The position numbers were made by a program, and so were the translations under genes. This document shows, piece after piece, positions 44,458 to 53,641 of a DNA stretch of 64,000 nt (positions within the stretch are counted from its first letter, which is position 1; each line of letters opens with the position of its first letter). Below the pieces are notes generated by a model, which was not told where the DNA came from, searched no databases, and saw only the letters and a list, made by a program, of their open reading frames with translations. The stretch is from positions 126,195 through 190,194 of the IMG/VR virus record IMGVR_UViG_3300036829_000172, one strand, 5' to 3'. This DNA is from a virus. Taxonomy: Duplodnaviria > Heunggongvirae > Uroviricota > Caudoviricetes.

Positions 44458-44844
44458 ATGATGATCACTGTGGCGCGTGAGCAGTGGGCTCGGGTCCTCG
44501 ACCCCCAATACCGGGACTCCTACGAGGTATCCGATCAAGGACGCGTGCGCTCAGTCCCCCGGCAAGTCGCCGGCCGCGACGGATCGGTACGCACCCTGCA
44601 AGGCAAAATCCTGTCCCCACGTATCCGCCCCGACGGCACCCGCGCCGTAAATCTGTGGAGCAAAAACCGCTACCGCCAAGTCCCGATCAAAAGGCTCGTC
44701 CTGGAATCGTTCACCGGCCGACGCCAGCCGCAAGGCTATGACGCCGAGAACGTCAACGAAGATCCCGGCGACAACCGGCTGGGCAATCTGCGGTGGAAGC
44801 CGGTCGGTGGGCTGGGGTTGCTGCACCGAAGCCTGGTGCGGTGA
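44458..44844 (+). CDS. HNH homing endonuclease (NUMOD4-like YEVSDQGRVRS + HNH_3-like ENVNEDPGDNRLGNLRW)
   Basis: motifs. Confidence 0.65.
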   Translation: MMITVAREQWARVLDPQYRDSYEVSDQGRVRSVPRQVAGRDGSVRTLQGKILSPRIRPDGTRAVNLWSKNRYRQVPIKRLVLESFTGRRQPQGYDAENVNEDPGDNRLGNLRWKPVGGLGLLHRSLVR

Positions 44845-45479
44845 ACGATCAGCTGAAGCGCTGCGAGAAGTGCCACCGACCGCGAGACAACGCCGAAGAG
44901 TTGCGCCTCTGCCCCGTCTGTGGGATGGACCGCCGACTGAAGGGATACCCCGCCGTGAGATTCACGTTCGATTCCAGCAACGACGAGGAGGAGATACGCG
45001 ACGCGCTGAATGTGCTAACCAAGCACAAGCTGAACTGGAACGTCGCGCCGTTCCCGGAGGACGTCACGCAGCTCGTCGCGGAGCTCAACCACAAACCGAA
45101 CTGGCATGCCCACCTCGGTTACGTAGACCGTGGCCAGGGGTCGGAGGGCCTGACCGTGTCGGTGTACATCACCGAGCCGGACGCCTACGACCACCACAAA
45201 CCGCGCAGCGTCGTGCACTACTTCCCGGTTCCCCCGGCCGCATACGACTACCGGTCGTGGCGGCGGTGGCTGTTTAACCAGCTCGGCCTGGTCGATGACC
45301 ACGAACGGATGGAGCACTTCACCATCGCGGGTCAGAAACCTTATGCGCCTGACCACAAACCGGGCCGGGACCCGTATACGGTCGTGGAACGTGGAACCTG
45401 GGAAGATGCCGACACTAGCTTCAGGGGCGAGCGAAACCACCCCGAAACGGAAGTACCGTCGCCTGGAGGCAACCGGTGA
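44841..45479 (+). CDS. hypothetical protein with N-terminal zinc-ribbon (CEKCH...CPVCG)
   Basis: GTGA overlap. Confidence 0.55.
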   Translation: MNDQLKRCEKCHRPRDNAEELRLCPVCGMDRRLKGYPAVRFTFDSSNDEEEIRDALNVLTKHKLNWNVAPFPEDVTQLVAELNHKPNWHAHLGYVDRGQGSEGLTVSVYITEPDAYDHHKPRSVVHYFPVPPAAYDYRSWRRWLFNQLGLVDDHERMEHFTIAGQKPYAPDHKPGRDPYTVVERGTWEDADTSFRGERNHPETEVPSPGGNR

Positions 45480-45721
45480 AGCTGGACGTCGATGGCATCG
45501 AGTTCGGTCAGCGCTACCGCAACCCCTACACCGGCTTCGAAGGCGTTGCCGTGGCCGTCTACGTCTACGAATTCTCCTGCCCCCGAGTGAATCTGCGGAA
45601 ACTGGGCAAGGAAGGAACCATCGTCGAGTCAGCATTCGACGCGCCCGGCCTGCAACCCGCTAGCACCGCGCCGGCGACCATCGCCAACGGACAGCTCGGA
45701 TTCACCTCGGCCGAACCGTGA
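45476..45721 (+). CDS. hypothetical protein
   Basis: GTGA overlap. Confidence 0.5.
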   Translation: MKLDVDGIEFGQRYRNPYTGFEGVAVAVYVYEFSCPRVNLRKLGKEGTIVESAFDAPGLQPASTAPATIANGQLGFTSAEP

Positions 45722-45987
45722 CCGGCATCAGCATCACCGCGGTCTACAGGATCACCTGCGACGGATGCGGCGTCCGCGCCGAACCCCACGACGAATACCA
45801 CACCTACGCTGAAGCCCTCGACGCCCGTGAACGAGTCGGCCGGTACGACGGCTGGCTGCTGCGGTGGCGCGACTATTTCGCCGAACTGTGGTGCGCGGAA
45901 TGTGTCGCAGCCGGGAAATGTCGGACCCCGGTAGTAACGTCAAACAATCCCGAACGGCCCACGAAAGTAGGAGACCGCGATGACTGA
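45718..45987 (+). CDS. hypothetical Cys-rich protein
   Basis: GTGA overlap. Confidence 0.5.
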   Translation: MTGISITAVYRITCDGCGVRAEPHDEYHTYAEALDARERVGRYDGWLLRWRDYFAELWCAECVAAGKCRTPVVTSNNPERPTKVGDRDD

Positions 45988-46390
45988 AGTCAGCATGTCG
46001 GGGAAACTTCCCCGCGGCGACGCCAACGGTCTCGGCGCCATCGCCCGCCAACTCATCCACGACCCCGAAAAGGTGCACGCCCTGATCGTGCTGGTGGACT
46101 GCACCCGGCTGGTCACCGAAGTCGACACCGGCGAAACCATACCCGTGATGCGGATCCGCCGCGCCGAGGCGATCCGCAAATCGGATTTAGCTGAGGCGCA
46201 ACGCCTTGTCCGGCGGGCGTGGGAGGAACGCTGCGGCGACACCGTGCTGCCGATGGAACTCGAGGACGACATCAAAGCGATCTTCGACGGCTTCGACCCT
46301 GACGGTGAGCCGGAGCAGCAGCCCAAGCCGGAGCAGCCCACCAAACCCGACGACACAGGCGACACGAGCAGCACCGACTCAGATGACTGA
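45980..46390 (+). CDS. hypothetical protein, acidic Pro-rich tail
   Basis: ORF. Confidence 0.6.
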   Translation: MTEVSMSGKLPRGDANGLGAIARQLIHDPEKVHALIVLVDCTRLVTEVDTGETIPVMRIRRAEAIRKSDLAEAQRLVRRAWEERCGDTVLPMELEDDIKAIFDGFDPDGEPEQQPKPEQPTKPDDTGDTSSTDSDD

Positions 46391-46862
46391 TGAGAGGACA
46401 CAGATGAGCGACGACCCGGCAGCGGCCGTCCTGGCGCTGGCACGGTGGCGCTGGCAGGCCACCAGCGGCGGCCGGACATACAATCTGCGCCTCGACGACC
46501 TGCACGTCGCGGAGGACTCCGACCGGTTCCCCTACATCGAAGGACACCAGCTCAATCTGCAGTGGCGCGACGCCTTCTACCCCGAACACCTCGCCCGCTC
46601 CAGCAGCCGCGACCGGTTCCTGCCGCAGCTCGAGTTCCGCTACGAACGGCCCGAACACATCGCCGGCCCGTTCTGGTCCGAACAGATCACCGACGACCTG
46701 CGAGTCGACGTCGCCGTCGCTAAACCGGCCGCGCGTTTCGGTGACGACATGAACGCCGAATCCGTGCTGCACGTCTCCTACCAGGCGGCCGGCCGGCCGT
46801 GGATCGTGATCCAGGCGAAACCGATGCGGGCGTCGGTAGTCCTGCCGGCACCACCCGACTGA
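46383..46862 (+). CDS. hypothetical protein (alternative start 46404)
   Basis: ORF trimmed. Confidence 0.55.
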   Translation: MTDERTQMSDDPAAAVLALARWRWQATSGGRTYNLRLDDLHVAEDSDRFPYIEGHQLNLQWRDAFYPEHLARSSSRDRFLPQLEFRYERPEHIAGPFWSEQITDDLRVDVAVAKPAARFGDDMNAESVLHVSYQAAGRPWIVIQAKPMRASVVLPAPPD

Positions 46863-46869
46863 GGTGACC

Positions 46870-47013
46870 ATGCGGCTGCTGCGCTACCGCAGCGCGAAGA
46901 ACGTACGCGGCTACCACATCAAGCGGAACCGCTGCTACCACGGCAAACTGCTCGGCGTGCACGCCCAATGGGGACCGCGCTGCTGGTCGTGGATGTGGAG
47001 GCTGTGCAAATGA
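46870..47013 (+). CDS. 47-aa basic Cys/Trp-containing peptide
   Basis: gaggtgaccATG. Confidence 0.3.
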   Translation: MRLLRYRSAKNVRGYHIKRNRCYHGKLLGVHAQWGPRCWSWMWRLCK

Positions 47014-47276
47014 TGGAAGTCGACCTGAAAGTCAACACCCGCCGCATCGGACGTGTCATCGTCACCCGCATCCACCCCGACGGCGGACCGCCCGACCGGG
47101 TGCACACCTACACGTGGCGCTACAGCCGCGACGGCCAACACGAAGCGGTCGGCACCGTCGAGCACCGCTACGGCGACGGCGCCGTCGCACTGGCCCACAA
47201 GGTGCTCGGCGAGCTCGCCGAACGCCACCGCATCGCCGCCCTCACGAAGCCCAAGAGATCAAGGAAGCGTTCATGA
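47010..47276 (+). CDS. hypothetical protein
   Basis: ATGA overlap. Confidence 0.45.
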   Translation: MMEVDLKVNTRRIGRVIVTRIHPDGGPPDRVHTYTWRYSRDGQHEAVGTVEHRYGDGAVALAHKVLGELAERHRIAALTKPKRSRKRS

Positions 47277-47482
47277 GCTGGCCCGGCGAGCACACCCCGC
47301 CGTTTTACGTGCACGACCGTACCTGCACCCATTGCGGCACAGAGTTCCCCGGTTTCTCCCGCCAAAAGTACTGCTCACCGCAGTGCATCGAGATGGCCAA
47401 ACGAGCCACCCTGATGACCAGGTGGGGCGTGCCAGCAGACATAGTGACAGAACTGACACGAGTGGGAGCGGCACATGGGTGA
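47273..47482 (+). CDS. zinc-ribbon protein (CTHCG...CSPQC)
   Basis: ATGA overlap. Confidence 0.5.
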   Translation: MSWPGEHTPPFYVHDRTCTHCGTEFPGFSRQKYCSPQCIEMAKRATLMTRWGVPADIVTELTRVGAAHG

Positions 47483-47576
47483 CAACACAAAAAGCACCAT
47501 GAAAGACCGGATTATCCTCATTATCGGCATGACGCTGATGGCGATCGGTGAATTGATGAAAGTTCTCAGCCAATGA
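47475..47576 (+). CDS. 33-aa hydrophobic peptide
   Basis: short, AT-richer. Confidence 0.3.
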   Translation: MGDNTKSTMKDRIILIIGMTLMAIGELMKVLSQ

Positions 47577-48451
47577 CGCAAATACAGTGGACGGAGCGGG
47601 TCTGGAATCCTACCCACGGATGCGACCGTGTTTCCCCTGGCTGCGACCGCTGTTATGCCCTCACCATGGCGAAACGGCTCAAAGGAATGGGGCAGGCAGG
47701 CTACGAAAACGACGGTAACCCGAAAACCTCCGGTCCGGGCTTTGGCCTGACATTGCGGCCCGATCGACTCGATGCGCCGCTGCGCTGGCGGAAACCGCGC
47801 CTCGTGTTTGTCAATTCGATGAGCGACTTGTTCCATCCGCAGATCCCGGAGGGATACACCCGGCGCGTGTTCGAGGTGATGGCGCTGGCGAAACGGCAGA
47901 CGTTTCAGGTGCTGACGAAACGGCCGGGACCGATGCGGTCGATGCTGCAGAGGTGGGAACGGCAACGCCGGTCGAACGGCACGAGCCCGTTGGACTTCAT
48001 GCCGTGGCCGCTGCCCAACGTGTGGATGGGCGTGTCCGCGGAGGATCAGAAACGTGCGGAGCTGCGGATCCCAATCCTGCTAGAGACACCGGCAGCGGTG
48101 CGGTTCGTGTCACTGGAACCGCTGCTGGGTCCGATAGACCTGCTCGGCGACGCTGAAGCGCCGGGACCGGCGATCATGCGTACCGGCACCAAGACGTGGA
48201 CCGACCTCGGCTGGGAATACGACTACGACGACCAGGTGGGTCTGGACTGGGTGATCGTCGGCGGTGAATCCGGAGCCGGTTTCAGACCACTGGACCTGGA
48301 TTGGGCCCGCTCACTGCGTGATCAATGCCAATCCGCTGGCGTGCCGTTTTTCTTCAAGCAGGTCGGGGGCCGAACCCCGAAAGCTAATGGGCGGCTGCTC
48401 GACGGACGCACCTGGGACCAGTACCCGTCGGATGAGGTGGTCGATGCTTAA
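47573..48451 (+). CDS. phage Gp37/Gp68-family protein (DUF5131; N-terminal IQWTERVWNPTHGC..SPGCDRCYA)
   Basis: family-typical N-terminal motif. Confidence 0.75.
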   Translation: MTQIQWTERVWNPTHGCDRVSPGCDRCYALTMAKRLKGMGQAGYENDGNPKTSGPGFGLTLRPDRLDAPLRWRKPRLVFVNSMSDLFHPQIPEGYTRRVFEVMALAKRQTFQVLTKRPGPMRSMLQRWERQRRSNGTSPLDFMPWPLPNVWMGVSAEDQKRAELRIPILLETPAAVRFVSLEPLLGPIDLLGDAEAPGPAIMRTGTKTWTDLGWEYDYDDQVGLDWVIVGGESGAGFRPLDLDWARSLRDQCQSAGVPFFFKQVGGRTPKANGRLLDGRTWDQYPSDEVVDA

Positions 48452-48587
48452 CGTCGAGATCCGGATGACCAGCCAAGATTCGGTGCACATGCCGCCGCTG
48501 ACCACCACCGATGTGCGGGAATGGTTGGAACGCTGGGGGTTGCACGTCGGCAACGTCAGATTCCTGATCACGCCCGACGGCAGCTGA
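48444..48587 (+). CDS. 47-aa hypothetical protein
   Basis: overlaps. Confidence 0.35.
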   Translation: MLNVEIRMTSQDSVHMPPLTTTDVREWLERWGLHVGNVRFLITPDGS

Positions 48588-48745
48588 TGCTGCTCACCGC
48601 GGCGCGGCTGACCAGCATCGCCGCGTTCATAGCGCTGGCCTGTTTCGCGTTGCGGGACGGCAACACGCCGCAGGGCTACTGGGATGCGACGTTGAACGCT
48701 GCGGTCGGAGCCCAGATGGTCGCCGTGCATCGGTGGCGGCCGTGA
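48587..48745 (+). CDS. 52-aa membrane peptide
   Basis: TGATG overlap. Confidence 0.35.
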   Translation: MLLTAARLTSIAAFIALACFALRDGNTPQGYWDATLNAAVGAQMVAVHRWRP

Positions 48746-49575
48746 ACACCGGCGAGCTGCTGGCCCGGCTGCAGCGCCACTACATCAAACCCGGCCAAGC
48801 CCTGCCCGGCGGCATCTTCCTACCCGAGGTCGGGTGGAACGGCGGCGGGCTCGGTGCTGGCGGATGCGACGCCATCTACGTGGGTTTCACCTCCACCAGC
48901 GGACGTATCCTCGTCGGGCACGAACTGAAAACGTCGCGCGCCGACTGGCTCAAAGAACTCAACCAGCCCGGCAAAGCTGACGGGTGGGCTGATGAATGCC
49001 ACCAGTTCTGGCTGGCCGCCGCCGCACCCGACATCGTGCACGACGGGGAGCTGCCGCACGGCTGGGGTCTGATGACCCCCGGCACGTCGAAGACCCGCAT
49101 GCAGATCCACGTCAAAGCCGACACCAAAACCGGACACACCCCGTCATGGAAAGCTGTCCGCTCCATCATGGCCCGCCAAGACACGCTGCGTGCCAGCGCG
49201 ATAGCCGCCGCCCGGCTCAACGCCAGAGACGAAGCGCACCGCGGGATCGACGCCCTGGTCGAAGAGAAGGTGCAGCGCCGGTTCCGCGACGAGCCGGGCG
49301 CAGACGAGGTCCGCCAGCGGCTCAAACTTCTCGAAGAGGCGTTGGGCCTCGACATCGCCTACCCCGGCGGGCCTTACCGCTACAGCGGCCTGAAACTGGA
49401 AGACCTCGCCGCGCTCGCGCAAGCCGCGAAACGCTACGGCTCGGTCGCCGCGGCTGTGGCGCATCTGGTACGGAACTACGAAATCACATCGCTGCGCCGC
49501 ACCCTGGACCGCCTTGGCGACGAAATCAGTGAATTCGGCAAGCTGACGCAGACCGATCAGTCCGGCATCGCATAG
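48742..49575 (+). CDS. putative PD-(D/E)XK nuclease-like protein (MmcB-like; GCDAIYVGF...GHELKTSRAD)
   Basis: D...E.K pattern only. Confidence 0.45.
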   Translation: MNTGELLARLQRHYIKPGQALPGGIFLPEVGWNGGGLGAGGCDAIYVGFTSTSGRILVGHELKTSRADWLKELNQPGKADGWADECHQFWLAAAAPDIVHDGELPHGWGLMTPGTSKTRMQIHVKADTKTGHTPSWKAVRSIMARQDTLRASAIAAARLNARDEAHRGIDALVEEKVQRRFRDEPGADEVRQRLKLLEEALGLDIAYPGGPYRYSGLKLEDLAALAQAAKRYGSVAAAVAHLVRNYEITSLRRTLDRLGDEISEFGKLTQTDQSGIA

Positions 49576-49653
49576 TCCACATCGTCGCGGCGCTCCCACG
49601 TCGTGCGGGTCAACGACAACAAACCCACCCGGTCCCACCGGACCTGAATCCGG

Positions 49654-49682
49654 GGGGAACGGACCTTCTTGACCGTTCCCCA
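49654..49682 (+). terminator. 9-bp stem hairpin ggggaacgg...ccgttcccc
   Basis: seen. Confidence 0.35.
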
Positions 49683-49860
49683 GCGACGGCCCTGATGCAC
49701 ACGGTCACCCTTGTGTAGGTGCTCAACCACCCTTGTTATCCTCCTGAGGCCTTTGCTGGGGACCCTACGACCAGCCCGCGACTCCCCGGGGGGGATTTGT
49801 GAAAACGAAAACAGGTGTTGTCGCAGCGATTTGTCGGTACCCGGACTTACCGTTACAGCC

Positions 49861-51798
49861 ATGAGCACCGCTGCCAACACCCAGCCGACGCCCACCCCCT
49901 ACGACATGGTCGACGTCGCCGAGGCCGGCGAACACGACCAGCATTTCTTCTCCGTCACATCCATCCTCAAAGCGCTGTCCAGCCCCGCACTCGAATACTG
50001 GGCCATCAAACAAACCGCCATGGCCGCGATCGACTCCCAAGCCACCTGGAACGCGATGCTCGACGACCAAGGCCGCATCGAAACCATCAAATGGCTGTGC
50101 GGCGCCCGGTGGCGCCGACCGAAACTCGAGCTCGGCGCCGACCAGCTCGGCACAGTCGTCCACCGAGTCTGCGAGCATTACGCGCTCAGCGGTGAGAAAC
50201 CCAGCCGTGAGTGGGTGGAGGACCTGGTCCGCGCGCATGCCGCCCCCACTGTGCGCATCGACAGCGAAGTCAACACCGTCGGCCAGATGCTCAACCAGTT
50301 CGATAGTTGGCTGGCCCGGTTTCAGCCCGAATACACCGCAGCGGAGATGCCGGTGTTCAACGAGCAGTTCGGCTACGCCGGTTCTCTGGACGCCATCCTG
50401 ACCATCGGCGGCACCAAGCTACTCACCGACTACAAAGGCTTAGACATCGCAACGCCACTCGCAACACCTGACGGGTGGACGACGATGGGTGCAGTGAATG
50501 TCGGCGACAAAGTGTTCGGCACCGACGGCAAACGCGTCACGGTCACCGGCAAGTCTGGGGTGCACTTGAACCGCTGCTACCGGGTCACCTTTGATGACAC
50601 GACCTCGATCGTCTGCGATGACGAGCACTTGTGGACGGTCTTCAGCACGTACAAATCTGATCGCCGTGACCGCCGCCGGTATGAAACGCTCCGCACCGAT
50701 GAATTGGCGGCCGAAATACGTCATCATGTCAACGGGAGACGGCATTGGGCGATCGCGATGCCAGAGGCGTTGGTCTGCGCCGAGGAGGCTAGCTACCCAC
50801 CAGTAGATCCGTACGTCTACGGATGCTGGCTGGGAGATGGCACAGCTCGTGATGGCGTGATTACAGGAATTGATCAGGAGATCTTTGACCGAATCAGTAA
50901 CCGTGGTTACACGGTTGGCGAGCCGATGGGGCCGCAACACACCAGTAGGAGGATCTACGGTTTAGAACGCCAGCTCAGATTTGCTGGGCTACTTGGCCAC
51001 CGCACTGTTCCCCAGAGGTGGCTTCGCAGAAGCGTTCCGCAGAGGCTCGATTTACTCCGTGGATTGATGGATACAGACGGTTACTACAACCCGCGCCGCA
51101 AAATGGCCGTTTTCACGACAGTCAACAAGGCAACAGCTGACATGCTCTACGAGCTGGTCGTGGGACTTGGCGAACGGCCTCTCGTTAGCAGCTTTACCGC
51201 CAAAGGATTCGGCAAGATCACTACTGCCTACCATGTGATGTGGCGGCCGCTCCGTCACAACCCATTCGCGTTGTCACGCAAAGCTAACCGTGTGGATCTG
51301 TCGCACCATCGTGGGCAATCTTGGCGCCGGCTCATTACGAGCATCGAACCTACCCTGACGGTGCCGACCCAGTGCATCACGGTAGACGCCGATGATGGCT
51401 GCTACCTAGCCGGAACGCAGATGGTTCCCACTCACAACACCCGCCGAGAACCCCTCGACTCCAGAGGTAATGCGCAGACACCGTACGGTGAGACGGCTCT
51501 GCAGTTGGCGGCCTACCGGCACGCTGAGATCGCGGCCGTGTTCCGGGCCCGCCGCGTCGAAAAGTACAAGCGCAGGTACTATCTGCTGTCCCCCGATGAA
51601 AGGGCGATGGCGCCGAAGATGCCGCAGGTCGACGGCGGGTTGTGCATCATTCTGACCCCGCAGTCGTGTGAGGCGTATCCCGTGAAGTGTGATCAGGAGG
51701 TGTTCGACTTCTTCCTGTACACGTTCGAGGCGTGGCGGTGGCTGGAAGACGTGTCCAAGCGGGTCGTCGGCGACGCGCTCATCGAACCCCACGAGTAG
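49861..51798 (+). CDS. RecB/Cas4-family PD-(D/E)XK exonuclease interrupted by an intein. Exteins: ...GSLDAILTIGGTKLLTDYKG | TRREPL...YGETALQLAAY carry motifs II, III and QxxxY.
   Basis: nuclease motifs split by ~333-aa insert. Confidence 0.7.
   Translation: MSTAANTQPTPTPYDMVDVAEAGEHDQHFFSVTSILKALSSPALEYWAIKQTAMAAIDSQATWNAMLDDQGRIETIKWLCGARWRRPKLELGADQLGTVVHRVCEHYALSGEKPSREWVEDLVRAHAAPTVRIDSEVNTVGQMLNQFDSWLARFQPEYTAAEMPVFNEQFGYAGSLDAILTIGGTKLLTDYKGLDIATPLATPDGWTTMGAVNVGDKVFGTDGKRVTVTGKSGVHLNRCYRVTFDDTTSIVCDDEHLWTVFSTYKSDRRDRRRYETLRTDELAAEIRHHVNGRRHWAIAMPEALVCAEEASYPPVDPYVYGCWLGDGTARDGVITGIDQEIFDRISNRGYTVGEPMGPQHTSRRIYGLERQLRFAGLLGHRTVPQRWLRRSVPQRLDLLRGLMDTDGYYNPRRKMAVFTTVNKATADMLYELVVGLGERPLVSSFTAKGFGKITTAYHVMWRPLRHNPFALSRKANRVDLSHHRGQSWRRLITSIEPTLTVPTQCITVDADDGCYLAGTQMVPTHNTRREPLDSRGNAQTPYGETALQLAAYRHAEIAAVFRARRVEKYKRRYYLLSPDERAMAPKMPQVDGGLCIILTPQSCEAYPVKCDQEVFDFFLYTFEAWRWLEDVSKRVVGDALIEPHE
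50440..51438 (+). mobile_element. intein with LAGLIDADG homing-endonuclease domain (VYGCWLGDGTARDG; LLRGLMDTDGYY). C-terminal DDGCY...VPTHN|T, non-Cys N-terminus, possibly class 3 (Cys in block F, Thr-His-Asn).
   Basis: Hint blocks and two LAGLIDADG motifs read in translation; boundaries approximate. Confidence 0.6.
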
Positions 51799-51810
51799 AG
51801 GAGCACCATC

Positions 51811-53151
51811 ATGGCGATAATAAGTCTCCAAAGAAGGTTGGCCGAGGTCGGACGTATCCGGCTGGGCAAACAGGTGGAAACCAAAAAAGGCGGGAAGCGG
51901 CCCGCAGCGCTGGACACGTTCCGGCTGACGTCGGCTGACCGGTCGCGTATCGACGAAGCCGCGAAACTTTACGGTGGCACCGTCACCAAGTGGGAAGCGC
52001 CCAGCGGGATCCCGAACTGGGAAGTCGTGACGCAGGCCGACAAGCTGCCGGTGGTGGTGCCGCCGTCGGCGATGGCGTTCAGCCAGCACTACGAGTTGTG
52101 GAGTGCCGGCGGTTGTCAACGCCGCTGCGACGGCGTCACCGAAACCGTGATGGTGCAGGGCGGGCAGCCGTGCCTGTGTGACCCCGACAACCGGCAATGC
52201 GATATTCACACCCGGCTGTCTGTGATGCTGCGTGACCTGTCCGGGCTGGGGGTGTGGCGGGTGGACACCACCGGCTACTACGCGGCGCTGGAGCTGCAGG
52301 GCGCGGTCGAAGTGATCGGGCTGGCCGCCGGGCGTGGGCAAATGCTTCCGGCCACGTTGCGGCTGGATCAGCGGTCGATCAAACGTGAAGGGGAAGGCGT
52401 CAAAAAGTTTGCGGTCCCGGTGCTGGACATCGAGATCAGCCCCGCGCAGTTAATGATGGGCACCGTCGCGGTTAACCCGGGCGCGCCGACGCGTGCGGCG
52501 CTGACACCGGTACCGGACAGTGATGTGCGGCCGGCGTCGATCGCCGAGCAGGTCGGCGCCGCGGAGAAGATCCCGTCGCGGCGGCGAGCCACCGCGATCC
52601 CGGCGACCAACATCCGGCCGCGCACCGCGCAGCAAGCGCGCACCGCCGGCGCCGCCCCCCCGCCAGCAACACCCCCGGAAACCGATGGATCCGTGGACCG
52701 CAGCGACGAGGCCCGCGAGCTGGCAGCGCAGGACGCTCTGGAGCAAACGCAGGATCCGCCGCGGATGGTAACCGACGGGCAGCTGACAAAGCTGGGGGTG
52801 TTGCTGACTAACCGCGGATTTGACAAGTCTGCCGAAGGACGGGCGGCGCGGCTGGATTTCTGTGAAGCCGCTATTCGACAATTAATGCCGGATTCCCCGT
52901 ACGCGGGCCGACACATTACCACGTCGAAGGCGTTGACGTTCCTTGAAGCCCACAAACTCATCGGATTGCTCGAAGACGACGAGACAAAAAGCGAACACGG
53001 AAGTGACGCCAGTGACGCTGTCGAGGGTGACGAAACGGGTACAGAACTGGATTCAAGCGAGCCCCCGGAGAATGGCGAGAGCTGTCCGGCAAACGAAAAT
53101 CAGGGTTTGCCAGTACCGGAACAGATGAATCTCCTCGGCAACGGTAAATAA
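51811..53151 (+). CDS. hypothetical protein downstream of the exonuclease (possible recombination partner, unproven), acidic C-terminus
   Basis: SD gaggagcaccatcATG. Confidence 0.6.
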   Translation: MAIISLQRRLAEVGRIRLGKQVETKKGGKRPAALDTFRLTSADRSRIDEAAKLYGGTVTKWEAPSGIPNWEVVTQADKLPVVVPPSAMAFSQHYELWSAGGCQRRCDGVTETVMVQGGQPCLCDPDNRQCDIHTRLSVMLRDLSGLGVWRVDTTGYYAALELQGAVEVIGLAAGRGQMLPATLRLDQRSIKREGEGVKKFAVPVLDIEISPAQLMMGTVAVNPGAPTRAALTPVPDSDVRPASIAEQVGAAEKIPSRRRATAIPATNIRPRTAQQARTAGAAPPPATPPETDGSVDRSDEARELAAQDALEQTQDPPRMVTDGQLTKLGVLLTNRGFDKSAEGRAARLDFCEAAIRQLMPDSPYAGRHITTSKALTFLEAHKLIGLLEDDETKSEHGSDASDAVEGDETGTELDSSEPPENGESCPANENQGLPVPEQMNLLGNGK

Positions 53152-53397
53152 TCCTGACCGCCCGCCGATGGCCATGCCCGCCCCTGCGTGCTCCGCAGTG
53201 GCGGGCGTTGCTGTAACGGAAAATTCAAACTATCGACAACTGGCCGGTAACCGGCGTATGGTTTCCCGTGGCAAGGGGTGCGACCGTCACACAATACTAT
53301 GGTGCATAGTGCGGACCGTATCTCTCGATAAGACGTCAGCATCCACAGGTACTTGGGACACGGGGAAACAGAACCTGGGAGACACCTGAGAGGCGTT

Positions 53398-53565
53398 ATG
53401 AGCGCAGTCGCCGCAGCAGTAACCGCCCCGCCACATCCCCCCCAGCATTACACCGCCTACCCACAGTGCAATGGCGTCGTGGGTGGCATCCCAATCGATA
53501 GCCGCGGAGTCGGCGCCCTATGCCGACTTGCACCGGCCAGCAACCATCCCGTAGGGGGCACCTAA
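53398..53565 (+). CDS. 55-aa hypothetical protein inside a long AT-richer intergenic region
   Basis: gagaggcgttATG. Confidence 0.3.
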   Translation: MSAVAAAVTAPPHPPQHYTAYPQCNGVVGGIPIDSRGVGALCRLAPASNHPVGGT

Positions 53566-53641
53566 AAAGATTGCGACCCCGGGGGGGATTTTGTGGTCCC
53601 CGGGGCCGCAAGCAACAGCACGAATAGGGTAGCAACAGCAA

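Noticed and set aside
49557-49895. Minus-strand 112-aa ORF spanning the 49576-49860 intergenic region
   Set aside because: It overlaps both flanking + genes, contains the hairpin, and has no RBS. It was kept only as a remote possibility (basic KOW-like C-terminus).
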